A stretch of 64,000 nt of DNA from Octopus vulgaris (GCA_951406725.2 OX597817.1:124434001-124498000); one strand, 5' to 3'. Positions 12,797-25,882 are shown, numbered from the stretch's first letter. The notes: generated by a model not told the origin, from the sequence alone. Program-made: numbers and translations.

Positions 12797-13031
12797 ATGG
12801 TGGAAAGCTGGCAGAAGTGTTAGCACACCGGGCGAAATGCTTAGTGGTATCTCATCTGCTGTTACGTTCTGAATTCAAATTCCACCGAGGTCGACTTTGC
12901 CTTTCATCCAGTCGGGGTCGATAAATTAAGTACCAGTTACACACTGGGGTCGATGTAATCGACTTAATTCCTATGTCTGTCCTTGTTTGTCCCCTCTATG
13001 TTTAGCCCCTTGTGGGCAATAAAGAAATAAG
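12797..13031 (+). mobile_element. Full-length SINE family B (tRNA-like head, Nin/Deu-like domain, tail type 1)
   Basis: gagctggcagaa..gttagcac...gagttcaaattcc...gactttgcctttcatcc...gtcgataaattaagtaccag. 13-bp TSD aaggtagg(t/c)aaga at 12784-12796 / 13032-13044. Many copies in the window. Confidence 0.9.
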
Positions 13032-13149
13032 AAGGTAGGCAAGAGAATGTAGTTCTGTAGTTGTTTTAATTTTAAATTACTCCCCAATAAATCTTGTAAA
13101 ACTGATATTATACTCTACAATGTAGAAGAAGACATATACATACAAATAG

Positions 13150-13530
13150 ATTTCTTTATTAAGCAACGCAGGGCCAAATGCAGACGGGACAATACAATGT
13201 AGAATTTTTCTTTTCAAAACTGATCAATAAGGATTGAAAACGTTTTGAGATGTGTACACAAGAGATAACAAAGTATCATTTTAACAATTGCAATTCTCCA
13301 AAGGGGGGAAGAAAATAAAACACTGACTAGGATTATCCGTGGAAAGAAAACCCTACAAAGAAAACCACGGTAATCTCAGAAAAAAACCATGAGAGCAAAG
13401 CGCCCTTGTCTTTTTGTTCTATAGGTTCATGAAAAGGGGAAGTTTTAGTGTCCTCCTTTAATATCCTTATGCCTTTTATGTGGCTGTTTCTGAGAAGAAA
13501 TTTCACTTTCATGTAAAACAACTATATTTT
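13150..13530 (-). mobile_element. Probable LINE 3' UTR fragment sharing its terminus with SINE B tail 1
   Basis: Minus-strand end ttgtcccgtctgcatttggccctgcgttgcttaataaagaaat vs SINE B ttgtcccctctatgtttagccccttgtgggcaataaagaaat. Confidence 0.5.
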
Positions 13531-13811
13531 GTAGCCATTATCCATAATCTACTCCCAAAACATTTCAGTAACTCTACTTTGCATCGCTTGCAAACTTTTA
13601 TGTTCTATGATCATTAAAGTGCAATGACCTCCACAATAACCAGCCTTCAATTTGATTTTCTATTCTTATGTTAATTGGAGACATAGACTGCCGTGCTACT
13701 CCTAAACCGTCTTGGTAGTTCAATTATTTGGTGAAAAAAATAACACCAAAGCAAGTTAAACCATCCAAAGTATGGGTGTGTTTGCTAGTATATATATATA
13801 TATATATATAT

Positions 13812-14237
13812 ATTGAAGTAGAGGGTGTGTTAACCTCATGTAGGGATGGTTGCATCCAAGGAAATATTGGTTCAGTACCTAATATTTGGGGGGAATGAAA
13901 TTCTCTTAAAATAATAGTTATATATAAAGCATATAGTTTATATCCAGTTAAAAGAAGAAAAGAAAATGAAGATTAGGAAGTTAATTGTTTACTATTAACA
14001 ACAAATTGGTCATCTTCATTTCTTACAGTTGTTTCAATTAATACTCAGTAATTTAATTACAAATTTGTACCTTAAAGTTGTATTTATGTGACATGAGTAT
14101 AATTTCATCAGAGGAAAAATGATGCACCTATGGATGTTATGATGTATGTGGGCTTATCAATTCCTTTCAGCAGACAATTTGTTGTTTATAATAAACAATT
14201 ACTAACTTCCTAATATCCATTTTCTTTTCTTCTTTTA
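13812..14237 (-). mobile_element. PLE-type pseudo-LTR mini-insertion with inverted partial copy, between microsatellites
   Basis: Inverted arms 13949-14008 / 14175-14237; hammerhead inside. Confidence 0.75.
14017..14118 (-). ncRNA. Type I hammerhead ribozyme candidate, long stem II
   Basis: uuuuccu CUGAUGA aauuauacuca...ugaguauuaauu GAAA caacug UA^agaaaug. Stem II base is 11 bp with one bulge. Confidence 0.72.
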
Positions 14238-14689
14238 TACACACACATGCACACACACACACATGCACACACACATGCGCACATATGTATGTATGCATGT
14301 ATGTATGTGTGCATGTATGTGTGTGTATGCATGTATGTATGTGTGCATGTATGTGTGAGTATGCATGTATGTATGTGTGTATGTATTCTTAATGCATTAC
14401 AATTCTCATTTACAATAGCTTTTTTCCATGTCTTTCAAGAAGAGAGTTCTCTTTTTACTTTGGCATCTCCATCTATTCAAGGTAACATGGCAAGATGGTA
14501 AACAGGAGAGAGAGTGGGTAATGATAGAAGAAAAACTAATGTGAGTGGGTGAAGGAAGCAAGAGTATAAGAAGGAAAACTGAAAAGGAAGGAGTATTGGA
14601 AGAGAGAAAATGATGGCAACTACTTGTCTGCTATTGTAAAAAAGAACAAAGTGATGGATAGTAATAGAGTTGGGTGAAGGTATGAAGGG

Positions 14690-14940
14690 GTTTTGGATGA
14701 CTATAACCAGGAACCTAGAGGAAAGGAGTTGTGATTGATGACACAAAATGAGTGATGGTAGAATGCTACAAACAAATCTAATGTAGTTGTTGTCCTGATG
14801 GATAGGACAAATACAAAGATGAGGATGGTGTTAGGGAGACTGAACAAAGATCCCGTGCCATCCCTTATGACCCAAGCTGCAGGGAAGAAGACGAGTACCA
14901 GAGAGATGAGAGGCCAGACAGAAACATTTCTTTCTCTCTG
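14690..14940 (-). pseudogene. Possible degenerate LINE APE endonuclease fragment
   Basis: ORF 14701-15030 ends TTLDLFVAF...SFPLGS, resembling the TLDLF...PLGSSDH motif. The SDH is absent, so the match is weak. Confidence 0.3.
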
Positions 14941-15509
14941 GTTACAAGGACAGCATAATACAATGTTCAGGAAAAACAAACATGAATAAAAATGTTCTTG
15001 AAAGATTGCATATCTTGATATGGAAGACAACTATTGTAAATAAGAATTACAATGTATCAAGAATAAATACACATGTGTACATATAAACACACAAATAGAA
15101 AGATATATATATATATATATGATATACGCACACACACACAACCACATAGTTGTAATGATAGACAATCTTAGAGAATTATTTATTTATGACTGTCCAGTAT
15201 ATAACATAGGAGAGATAACTTTATAGTAGTTTAATACATAATGAATAAGAGATCACTAATGGTAAGAGGAATTTGTAATTATTTAGTACAAATGGATTTT
15301 GTGTCTGCAAAGTGGAATATATTCAGAGATTCCATTGTGGATATTTCCATTATGGAGTAAAATAATTTAATTTCACTGAAATGCATAAATTACTAAGATT
15401 AATGTTTTGGTTATAGACTGTTGCAATAATTTTTTTATCATTGATTTCATGAGTTTATATTTGAATGCTTTGCAATTAACACTTGCATAATGGATTTTCT
15501 TTTTTTTTT

Positions 15510-15926
15510 GTGGCTGTGTGGTAAGTTGCTTGCTTACCAACCACATGGTTCCGGGTTCATTCCCACTGCGTGGCACTTTGGGCAAGTGTCTTCTACTATA
15601 GCCTCGGGCTGACCAAAGCCTTGTGAATGGATTTCGTAGATGGAAACTGAATGAAGCCCATCGTATATATGTATATATATATGTGTGTGTGTTCGTGTGT
15701 GTGTGTGTTTGTGTGTCTGTATTTGTCCCCCCGGCATCGCTTGACAACCGATGGGGGTGTGTTTACGTCCCTGTAACTTAGCGGTTCGGCAAAAGAGACC
15801 AATAGAATAAGTACTAGGCTTACAAAGAATAAGTCCTGGGGTAGATTTGCTTGACTAAAGGCGGTGCTCCAGCATGGCTGCAGTCAAATAGCTGAAACAA
15901 ATAAAAGAGTAAAAGAGTAAAAGAGT
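15510..15926 (+). mobile_element. SINE family A, near full length
   Basis: Matches 795-1208; repeated aaaagagt tail. Confidence 0.9.
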
Positions 15927-16144
15927 ATATCAAAAATATACAGTCACTCTGTCCTATTCTTTTTTCTACTTTCATATTGTCTTTAAGAGATCTTTGTAAG
16001 ATTGTTTAAAGTACCTTCATTCTTGTCTTCTCTTTCTGCTTCTCCCTTTTTTCTCTTTGCTCTTCACTCTCTTTTCATAATTGACTACCACTCAAATATC
16101 CAGGATTGTAATAGTAAAACCTTAGCTTTAATTAAATATGATAT

Positions 16145-16445
16145 TGATTTCAAATTTTGGTACAATATCAGTAATTTTTTTTTGGGGGGTAACTTGATTA
16201 CAACGACCCCCAGTATTTAACTGGTACTAATTTTACCAACCCTGAAAGGATGAAAGGCAAAGTCAACCTAGGAGAAACTTGAGCACAGAACACGAAGAAA
16301 GACAAAATTCCACTAAGCATTTTGCCCCAAATGTTATTTATTCTGTCAGCTCACTGTCATCTTTGATTAAATAATGCTGAATTCAAATCTTAGTACAAGG
16401 CCAGCAATTTTGGGGGAGGGGCTAAGTCGATGACATCAACTTCTG
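16145..16445 (-). mobile_element. SINE family B (tail type 2), one copy plus a second 3' fragment
   Basis: ccctgaaaggatgaaaggcaaagtcaacc and ttcaaattttggtacaa motifs. Confidence 0.75.
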
Positions 16446-16510
16446 TGGTCAATAATTCTGACAGCTCATTGGTTACTTTATTTAGGTATAATATTAATTC
16501 TTGTATCTTT

Positions 16511-17154
16511 TATCTTTTACTTGTTTCAGTCATTTAACTGCAGCCATGTTGGAGCACTGCCTTGAACTTTTTAGATAAATGAATTAATCCCAGTACTTAT
16601 CATTCAAACCTAGTATTTATTCTATCGGGCTTTTTTGCTGAACCACTAAGTTATGGGAACTAAAACACACTAACACCAGTTGTCAAATGGTAATGGGAGG
16701 ACAAACACAGACACACACGCAAAGATACATATACATACATACATATATACATACATACATACACACACATACATACGTACACACACACATATAAATAATT
16801 ATATAGATATTTCATAGATGCAAATAAATATATATATATTTCATAAATATATTTCATAGATGCAAGTATGGTAGTGTGGTTAAGAAGTTTGCTTTGGAAT
16901 CACCTGATTTTGAATCCCATCCCACTGCATGGAATCTTGTGAATGATCTTTTTTGTTATTAAAAATCTCAAGCTAAGAAGTGCTTTGTGAAAAAAATTTG
17001 GTAGATGGCAAGTATCCCAAAACACCAGTCCCCACAGCATATATACATAAAACAGGTGGTGATACATTTGAGATGAAAATTAACATTACATACAACAGTA
17101 CAGAAAGAAGAGATATGAAAATATTATAAGTAACACACACACACATACACACAC

Positions 17155-17196
<42 letters not shown>

Positions 17197-17348
17197 GGCT
17201 CCTTTCAGTTTCCGTGTACCAAATCCACTCACAAGGCTTTGGTCAGCCGAAGGCTATAGTAGAAGACACTTTTCCAAAATGCCATGCAATGTGACTGAAC
17301 CCAGCACCACGTGGTTGGGAAGCAAGCTCCTTACCACACAGCTACTTC
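16511..17348 (-). mobile_element. SINE family A split at its internal microsatellite by a duplicated segment
   Basis: Tail at 16511-16760 and head at 17192-17348, with the foreign segment 16810-17157 between them. Confidence 0.8.
16852..17157 (+). repeat. 306-bp local direct duplication, copy 1 (copy 2 at 20767-21072)
   Basis: Constant offset of 3915 bp; about 5 substitutions counted by eye. Confidence 0.93.
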
Positions 17349-17439
17349 TGTATTGAGAACATTTTCACACTTTTGTGTGTATGCAGTAACATGCATTCAG
17401 TACTTTATCACACATACACCCACATACACTGGACCAGTT

Positions 17440-17699
17440 CCTGTGCAGGTGGTACATAAAAAGCACTATTTGAGCATGGTCATTGCCAGTATCACCTGAC
17501 TGGCCCACGTGCCAGTGGCGTGTAAAAGCACCCACTACACTCTCAGAGTAGTTGGCATTAGGAAGAGCATCCAGCTGTAGAAACTCTGCCATATCAGATT
17601 GGAGTCTGATGCAGCCATCTGGTTCGCCAAACCTCAGTCAAATCGTCCAACCCATGCTAGCATGGAAAGCAGACGTTAAACGATGATGATGATGATGAT
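17440..17699 (+). mobile_element. Repeat family C with (GAT)n tail, probable RTE LINE 3' end
   Basis: aaaagcacccactacactctcagagtagttggcattaggaagagcatccagctgtagaaactctgcc...gcatggaaagcagacgttaaacgatgatg. Other copies at about 19770, 24650, 35810, 36492, 43705 and 57829. Confidence 0.82.
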
Positions 17700-18447
17700 T
17701 ATGATATAATGACCTATACAGATGATGTTTTTTTATAGTGATCAAATATTTGTGCTCTATATTAGCTCACTTCCTCCATTAAATTGACATTATCTGTGAA
17801 AAAACATGGTATATTTGCATATCAGATATTGACATGATCACAGAACAATGTGAGATGAGGTATTTTTGCTCAATAACACAACACACTATCCATTCCAAGA
17901 ATCAGACCCACAATCATGCAGTCATGAGTGCAACACTCAAACCACAGAGCCATCTACCCTAAATAAACACCCCACCCTCACGCAAATATACACATACATA
18001 AATACATACATACACGAACATGCAGTCATACACACACATACACATACACATACACAGACTCGCACAAGTATACATAAAACTAGAACATAATTCAGCTAAG
18101 GAAAACAACTCAGTGTGGCCAGTGGCATGAATCTGGACTACAAAGACAAATTATGGTGTAATACATATCATTGTAAAATAATTTCTTGATTTATTGCATT
18201 TATCTTCACTTCAAGAGATGTAAACCAATGCATGTTGACAGCTATAACCAATCACAAATGAGAAAGTAACATAATCACACAAATATATCCCATTCACTCC
18301 ATTATGCGATATCTTTCATCCATCCATCCATCCATCCTTCTGTCTATCTATTTATCTATGTATCTGTCTGTCTCTTTGTCTGTCTTTCTGTCCATCTACC
18401 TTTCTCTTTATCTGTGCATGTGTGTGTGTGTGTGTCTGTGTGTGTGT

Positions 18448-18509
<62 letters not shown>

Positions 18510-18702
18510 AAGTCATAATCTAGAGAAGAACGCGTGTACAGAGAAGTTTATTTAAGCTGCTCCAGTGGCCAGTGGCCAGTTACATTGGATGTTCTATAGC
18601 ATGCAGTTACTTCTTCAGGCAAGCCAAACTGGACAGAAAGATACATTGTGTCACTCTGAAGAGAGAAAGTGCAGAAAAATAGTGCATGTAAATAGTGCAA
18701 AA

Positions 18703-18735
18703 TTACTACTACTACTACTACTACTGCTGCTACTA

Positions 18736-18770
<35 letters not shown>

Positions 18771-18908
18771 ACTACTACTACTACTACTACTACTAATAAT
18801 AATAATAATAATAATAATAGCAATAGTAATAATAATAATAATAATAATGATAATAATAATAATAATAATAATGATGATGATGATAATAATGATAATAATG
18901 ATAATAAC

Positions 18909-18940
<32 letters not shown>

Positions 18941-18946
18941 TAATGC
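18703..18946. repeat. Compound trinucleotide microsatellite (CTA/CTG/ATA/ATG)
   Basis: Directly visible. Confidence 0.97.
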
Positions 18947-20766
18947 TGTCTGAGGAAATTGCAATGATCCTTCAACTCTTGCTAGCACAGAAAAGAAATG
19001 CAAAAGGAAGATATATATATGCACACACATACACACACACACTCACACACATACACACACACACACACTCATACTCGTGTGTGTTTGTGTATAACTAAAA
19101 TGGCATTTTTAATATGTTAATGTTACTAAATATTTAAAAGCCTTGAGACCAATTACTATATATGGATTTACTTAGCATTCTAATCAATACATTTATTTAG
19201 ACATTTTGGAATTTTAAGTGGCTGTGTGTGGAGGATTCTTTCAATTATTTAAATTGAATGTTTAAAAATGTTATTTACACCAAATTCATTTACTAACATC
19301 AACATTCTGTTTTTTTAAAATTTTTAATTAGACATTTGTAATGTTAACATTAGTGCAATTACTTGGAAAGTGGTTGAGCAATAGAATGGTATACAGTGAA
19401 AATGCAAGTTGCAAGAATAACTATTGCATCCTGGCTGATTTAATCATGGAAATGTATTTCTCATGGTTTCTATTAATACTCTTCTTACAATTTAAAAATC
19501 TATTTGTTTAAAATATTTTCTTACACTTTTGTTTTAATTGCAGAATCTAACTAACAATACAATATTAGAGTTTTTGAATATAAACAAAAGAAAAAAATAA
19601 ATAAATGGAAAGAAAATTTTTAAACGATATACAGTAATAAGAACAACACATTATTCACATATTCATTTTTCTAAGTGTCATTAATTAGTGCCCTAGACTG
19701 AAATTAGATAAGAAAGGAGAAATTCTACATTTTTTTCGGAGGTGAGGTAATTAAAGATATTTGGCTAATGCTGGTGGCTCATAAACACATCCATAAACAC
19801 ATCCATTACACACTTGTAGTGGTTGGCATCTAGAAGGGTATCCAGCTGTGGTAACCTGGTGCAACTCTCAAGCTTACCAGCTCCAGTCAAACCATCTAAC
19901 CCATGCCAGCATGGAAGCAATCATCAAATTATGATAATGATGATGATGATGATATTACTTATACAAGAGTATTTTTATTTGTGATTTCTGATATAAGTAA
20001 CTTTCTCAGCAAGGGATATTTTATAGCAAGCCTGAGGAGTATATAGCACTAATGGATCTTAAACTTAATGAATTTTTGAATGGCACAAATAATGTCCTGA
20101 TTATTCAAACAAAGAATGTCTGCTCAAATTTTATAGCATAATCTCTATGTTCGATTCTGTTAATTAGAATAATGTTCCTTCTTTCTATTTTTCATTCACT
20201 TAAGCTTTCTCTTGATCAAAGCCTTGTAGAGCTGGAAAATCCCTCAAATTATCAACTAATGAATACAGACAATATATGAGGTTTGTTATTTTTTTTTAGG
20301 TGATACAACCTAACTCATGGTAAGCAAATATTTCTTAAGAACTACTGCTAGAAAAGGATGGCCCATGCCTCTTCTACACAATATTACGACCAGCAAAAAA
20401 TAGCAGCTAAATCTCTATGAGTCATACAGAGTTTCAAAAATGAAGGATTGATATATTGGCTAATTTGGTCCTAAATACATTGTCTCAAAGAATAAATAAA
20501 CAAATTAATTAATTAACAAAAATGCGCTATGGCTCTAATGGAAATATCATTTATTATAGGTTTGCTTGATTGCACCTGGCATGTGGGCCTAAATCAAGAA
20601 TATCCTTAACTTTCCAGAGAACAGGCTATGGCTATCTATGCATGATGAGACAGTTCTTTCAAGTACTGCATTGTCATTGCATTGTAGAAATGTTCTCATA
20701 TACAGCTTAACAGACTAGCAGAGAAATACAGACCTGCAAAATATTTAGCAGATCAATAATAGCATT

Positions 20767-21072
20767 TTTCATAGATGCAAGTATGGTAGTGTGGTTAAGA
20801 AGTTTGCTTTGGAATCACCTGATTTTGAATCCCATCCCACTGCATGGAATCTTGTGAATGATCTTTTTTGTTATCAAAAATCTCAGGCTAACAAGTGCTT
20901 TGTGAAAAGAATTTGGTAGATGGCAAGTATCCCAAAACACCAGTCCCCACAGCATATATACATAAAACAGGTGGTGATACATTTGAGATGAAAATTAACA
21001 TTACATACAACAGTACAGAAAGAAGAGATATGAAAATATTATAAATAACACACACACACATACACACACATG
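20767..21072 (+). repeat. 306-bp local direct duplication, copy 2 (degenerate SINE A head plus unique flank)
   Basis: Near-identical to 16852-17157. Confidence 0.93.
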
Positions 21073-22283
21073 CATATATATATATATATATATATATTCA
21101 TGAGTGTGTTAGTGTATCTGTGCAGGCATATACATGTGCATACTAACACATATATATAACAGATACTCACATGCATAAAGAATGGTGAAAATCAAATCAA
21201 CGATGTATATATTCATTCATGATACATTCTGGCAGATTTTATTGTGAATATGCTAATCACTGTTTATTGTATTTTGTCTACAGAGAACAACTTTTTTCAG
21301 ACAATGTGTGTTCACAATGCATTCAATTCATCGTGCTAATGGAATTTTGAGAGACTGTAGTATTTATTTCATCCTGGTTATGTCCTCAGTGAAAGGCACT
21401 TCAGTCACATGTACCCTTGTTCAATGAATCAAAAGAAGAATTTTAGTTCTTGTCTACATTTCTATGAACAAATTCTTGGTTGATGCATGGAGAACAGCAA
21501 AAATCGAAACAATGTCATATTCTTTTCTTCTTTTACGTGTTTCAGTCATTTGACTATGGCCATACTGGAGCATTTTTAATATGTTTCAGCAGATTTCAAC
21601 ATAAACATGCTAACCACTGTTGTATTTTGTCTACGGAAAACACTTTCTTTTCAGACAGTGTGTTATCATTGACCCATGGAACCTTTAACTTCAGAGACAC
21701 CAAGTTGAAATACTAGAGTGCCTCAAAGTTCCCTTAAATCAATGACTCATATGTGTTGTGAATAGAGTGTCTGAAGATTATTTTCTATCGGTAAAATATA
21801 AGTGAAAAACATTCACATTTGAATCTGCTTGATTGTATTATGAATGAATATCTACATCATTGTTTTGATTTTTCTGTTCTCCATACACTCATGATTTATT
21901 ATCAGTTTGGTTGATATTAGCAACACATCAGCAAAACAAAAATCATTTTCTTTTTCTATATATATATATATTAACAAAAACCAAGATTCTTGCTTAGATT
22001 CATAGATCTAGGCTACCTTTAATTGAAGAGACATAACCAGATTGAAATACTGTTGTGGCTCAAAATCTCCTTTCCTCAATGAATTAAATATGTTGCAAAC
22101 ACATTATTTAAGAAGTTATTCTCCACAAACATAAAGCAGCACCAACTAGCATATTCACATTTGAATCTGCCAGAGTATATTAATCTCCTCAAACCTGGAC
22201 CCCAGTCTCTAACTTTACTCTCCACTCGGGCTCTGAGCAAAAAAAGAAAATGTTGCAAATACAGTTCAAGAGTAAAGATTACA

Positions 22284-22597
22284 GGTAAACTAATCGACAG
22301 AATCAGAAAAAAATCCAGGAGAAATGTAATAATAGGTCTTTCTCTCAACTGCCATATTTGTGAGGCAAATTAATGGATGGAATCACAAGAAATATTCAGA
22401 GAAACAATAATAGAGCTTCCTCTCAACTATCATGTCTGCAAGACAAACAAACTAGTGATGGAATCATAAAAAGACAAAAAAAAAATCAGGAGAAAAATAA
22501 TAACAACCATATTTGTTAGGCAAACTATTGGACAGAATCAACAAAAAATTTGGGAGAAAAACAATGGTAAGCCTATCTTTCAACCGCCATACTTGTT
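22284..22597 (+). repeat. Degenerate tandem repeat, about 4 copies of about 78 bp
   Basis: Recurring aaactaatcgacagaatca...ggagaaa..aataata...ctctcaactgccatatttg. Confidence 0.7.
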
Positions 22598-23162
22598 CCC
22601 AAAAATCATTGCTTTCCCCATTACTTTCACCAGTTTGATCATCTGAATCACTTTCATTGTATGCATAAATGTAAATTCTTCATTCAAAGAATAGATATCA
22701 ATATTTTTCTGAATTGCGAAGAGTCTAGACCTTGTTCATTTACAAGACGATGTGTTGGGTTCATCACATGCTCTTCTCATTTCAAAATTATATTTTTTCA
22801 ATTAAAAACAAAAGTAAACACCAGCTATGAGGGACACCATAAACAATAAGTCATAAACACACTTGGCTACAAAGCTGCAATGTGATCCGTTGTCTAATTT
22901 CATTATTTTATCTTATTTTTTCTCTATGTGTTGTTCATTATCACATTATCAGAAATCCATCAGAAATGACATTTAAGTTATTCCCACAATAGCAGGAACA
23001 CAGCATGACATGGTTAAAAAGGATTATATATATATATATCATCATTGTATTATATATACATATGTGTGTGTATGTGTGTATACATATATACATATACAAT
23101 TATATATGTGTGTATGTGCATATATATAAATATGTATGTAAAAATGTGTACATGCATACATC

Positions 23163-23607
23163 AAGTGTAAACATAACAGATCAGATATTGTTGTTTGGGG
23201 CAGACAAGGAAAAGTATGTACTGTCATGGAGGTTGGCTGTCCTGCTGATGTGAAAATCAAAGAGAAAATCTCTTTGAAAATCAAGGAGAAAGAATATAAA
23301 TATGGACAACTTCTTTGAAACCTTCAGTTCCTATATTTGGATTACAAATCTACACTTATACCAATAATAATTGGTGCACTTGGTTTTCTAAGTAAATGCC
23401 CGGCAGTCTGAATAAGTTTGGATTTTCAGAAAAAGAAATCAACCAACTCTTTCACATTACAAATACAATCTGTAAGCATGACAGTAAAACTAAGCAAGAC
23501 TTTTCTCGGGTTTAAAATGTGACATTGCTTTTGCTATCTACATTTTAATAATGGAGTTTTGTATCGTCTTTAGAAACCAGCTCCTTCTTCAGAGGAAGAA
23601 GTTAAAT
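23163..23607 (+). pseudogene. 3' fragment of an RLE-type non-LTR retrotransposon (R4/Dong-like)
   Basis: Manual translation KCKHNRSDIVVWGRQGKVCTVMEVGCPADV...KEKEYKYGQLL...IPIIIGALG matches the RPD...E...K..KY...IGALG restriction-like endonuclease motifs. A related 3' UTR lies at 56137-56247 (minus). Confidence 0.8.
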
Positions 23608-23790
23608 AATTGATTTCAAATTTTTGCATAAGGCCGGCTGTTTTAGGGAAAGATTAAGTTGATTACAAAGATCGCAGTTTTCAAATGGTACTTAATTCAT
23701 CGATCCCGAAAGGATGAAAGGCAAAGTTGACCCCAGCAGAATTTGAACTCAGAACACAAAGACAGACGAAATGCCACAAAGCATTTCATA
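23608..23790 (-). mobile_element. SINE family B (tail type 2)
   Basis: atcgatcccgaaaggatgaaaggcaaagttgacccc..gaatttgaactcagaac. Confidence 0.82.
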
Positions 23791-24532
23791 TGTATGAATA
23801 TGATGAATGCTTCAGAAATGGTATTAAAGTATAGGATGTGTCATCCTCATTAATATCATCGTCATTGACACTGCTTGCATGGACAGTGACCTTGTTTTTA
23901 ATCAGCACACAGACATCAACTTGAAGGACAGACAGTCCCCTACTACACACACATATAAGTCACCTGGCCACAGGTGTCTTCTAATATGGAGAGAAGAAAC
24001 TCTAAATAATAGGCTTTTGAAGCAAACTTCTTAATAACACAGCCACACTTGCTCCTTTGTTATTCTACCATTTTATGGTAGTCTTATGTGATAATGAAGA
24101 AGAAAATTATATTGAGCTAAGAGAAAATACAGATGCCACTTTAGTACAGATACAAAACTGCAGCTGCTTTTGTCACATAAGAAAATAGAACTACAGACAC
24201 AGTATAAGTATATTTGATTAGTTAAAGGAAACAGTGTTAATAGCATAACAAGAAAATAGAATTTTAGATATCTGTTAATCAGGGAAGTATTATATCCTAA
24301 TTATTCTATATATGATGTTCAACAAAGAAGCGTTAGTCATAAAATGTAGTCAATTTCTATGAATCAGTTTATCTGAGAAAAAAATGCCAACTAAATTGAG
24401 AAAACTTTATTAGTTTGCCATAAGATTCTATCTGTGTGTTTTGGAAACTAAGACTATTCAAGGAAGCTAGCTAAACACTCCATGACCTAAAATTATATCA
24501 ATCTTCAAGCTATGATTTGATAATCAGGTTTT

Positions 24533-25135
24533 TAACCCCTTTGATACTAACCCAAATGAGACTGTCATTGGTTCTGATACAAACTTATTTTTTTAACCTG
24601 AGAGGTGACAAGCTAGTTAAAATCATTATCATCCATTTATACAGGCTTATCCTTTACAAGTGCTGGTGCTACATAAAATACTCTCATGCTGGGGCTGTGC
24701 AGCTGTACCTGTGCTGATGGTACATAAAAAGCATCCAGCACGCTTTGTAAAGTAGTTGGGGTAAGGAGGGATATCCAGCCATAGAAACCATGCTACGACA
24801 CAGACAATTAGAATCTGGACAGTTCTGTGGCTAGCCAGGTCCTGTCAAACCATCCAAACCATATCAGCATGGAAAATGGGTGTTAAACGATGATGATGAT
24901 GATGATGATGCTGATGGTGGTGGTGGTGGTTGTGGTTCTGGTGGTGGTGGTGGTAGTAGTGGTGGTGGTGGTGGTAGTGGTGGTGGTGATGATGGTCTAT
25001 CGAAATTCCGTGTTAATTTATGTCCCAAACATCAATCTAATAATGAAAAAGTTATTTTACTAAATTATTCCTTATTTTCAACTCTATCCATAACAAAGGC
25101 AATGTATTTTTGACAAAAATGTGGTAAAAGAAAAG
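24533..25135. mobile_element. Possible TTAA-type (piggyBac-like) MITE interrupted by a family C insertion (24650-24910) and a GAT/GGT microsatellite
   Basis: The left end is ttaacccctttgatac and the right end is only weakly complementary. The family C copy is clear; the MITE call is tentative. Confidence 0.35.
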
Positions 25136-25841
25136 AAAAAGCACTGATAAAAAAGTAATTCCAGAAGTTTGACTATAATAAATCCTTAATTTTTACTTAT
25201 TTATATTTAATAATTATGATTCTTCTAGATTTGTCAGTGTATGGCTGGTTTAGAAGTCGTCTTAGCATCCACTTGATTTTGTGTCCTTTCCTCCTGTGCA
25301 GTACTTTGTAAAATTGCCTTCTACTGTAGCCCCAGATTGACAAATACATTGTGTGTGAATTTAGTCAACAAAATCTGTACAAAGCTTGGAGTTAAAGTAG
25401 AGAAGCTGCTTTGCTGATGTTGCCTGTCAAGCCAGGAACTTTGTATCAACATCTGTCAATAAGGTGGTCTTTTCTTTTAATGGTACATCAGTTTTTGAGA
25501 GCACTTGATTCTTGAGATTACGTGCTATTCTCATTTGTTGTTACTTCAGAAAACATCAATTGTTTGTTCTATCTTCTCTGGAAGCAGAAGTAATTTCAAT
25601 GACTCAAGATTTTATCATATATGTCATCTAATATACCTTTGTCTGTTTTTGTTCTGACACATGCCACTAGCCATTTTCAGTTAATGCAGTTTGTTCACTT
25701 TCATCATATATATATATATAGAACTATATATATATATATATTCATATATATATATGAATGAGTAGACAAACGAAAGAAGGGCACTCAACCAATTTATTGG
25801 GAGATACATGTATGGATCAAAACAGTTTGATTCAAATTTGT

Positions 25842-25882
25842 TGGTACTCTTGAGTTTCAAGCAGAATGCTAATCATCAGCCA
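25842..25882 (-). ncRNA. Minimal type I hammerhead ribozyme in the inverted pseudo-LTR
   Basis: ugg CUGAUGA uuagca-uuc-ugcuu GAAA cuc-aa-gag UA^cca. Confidence 0.75.
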
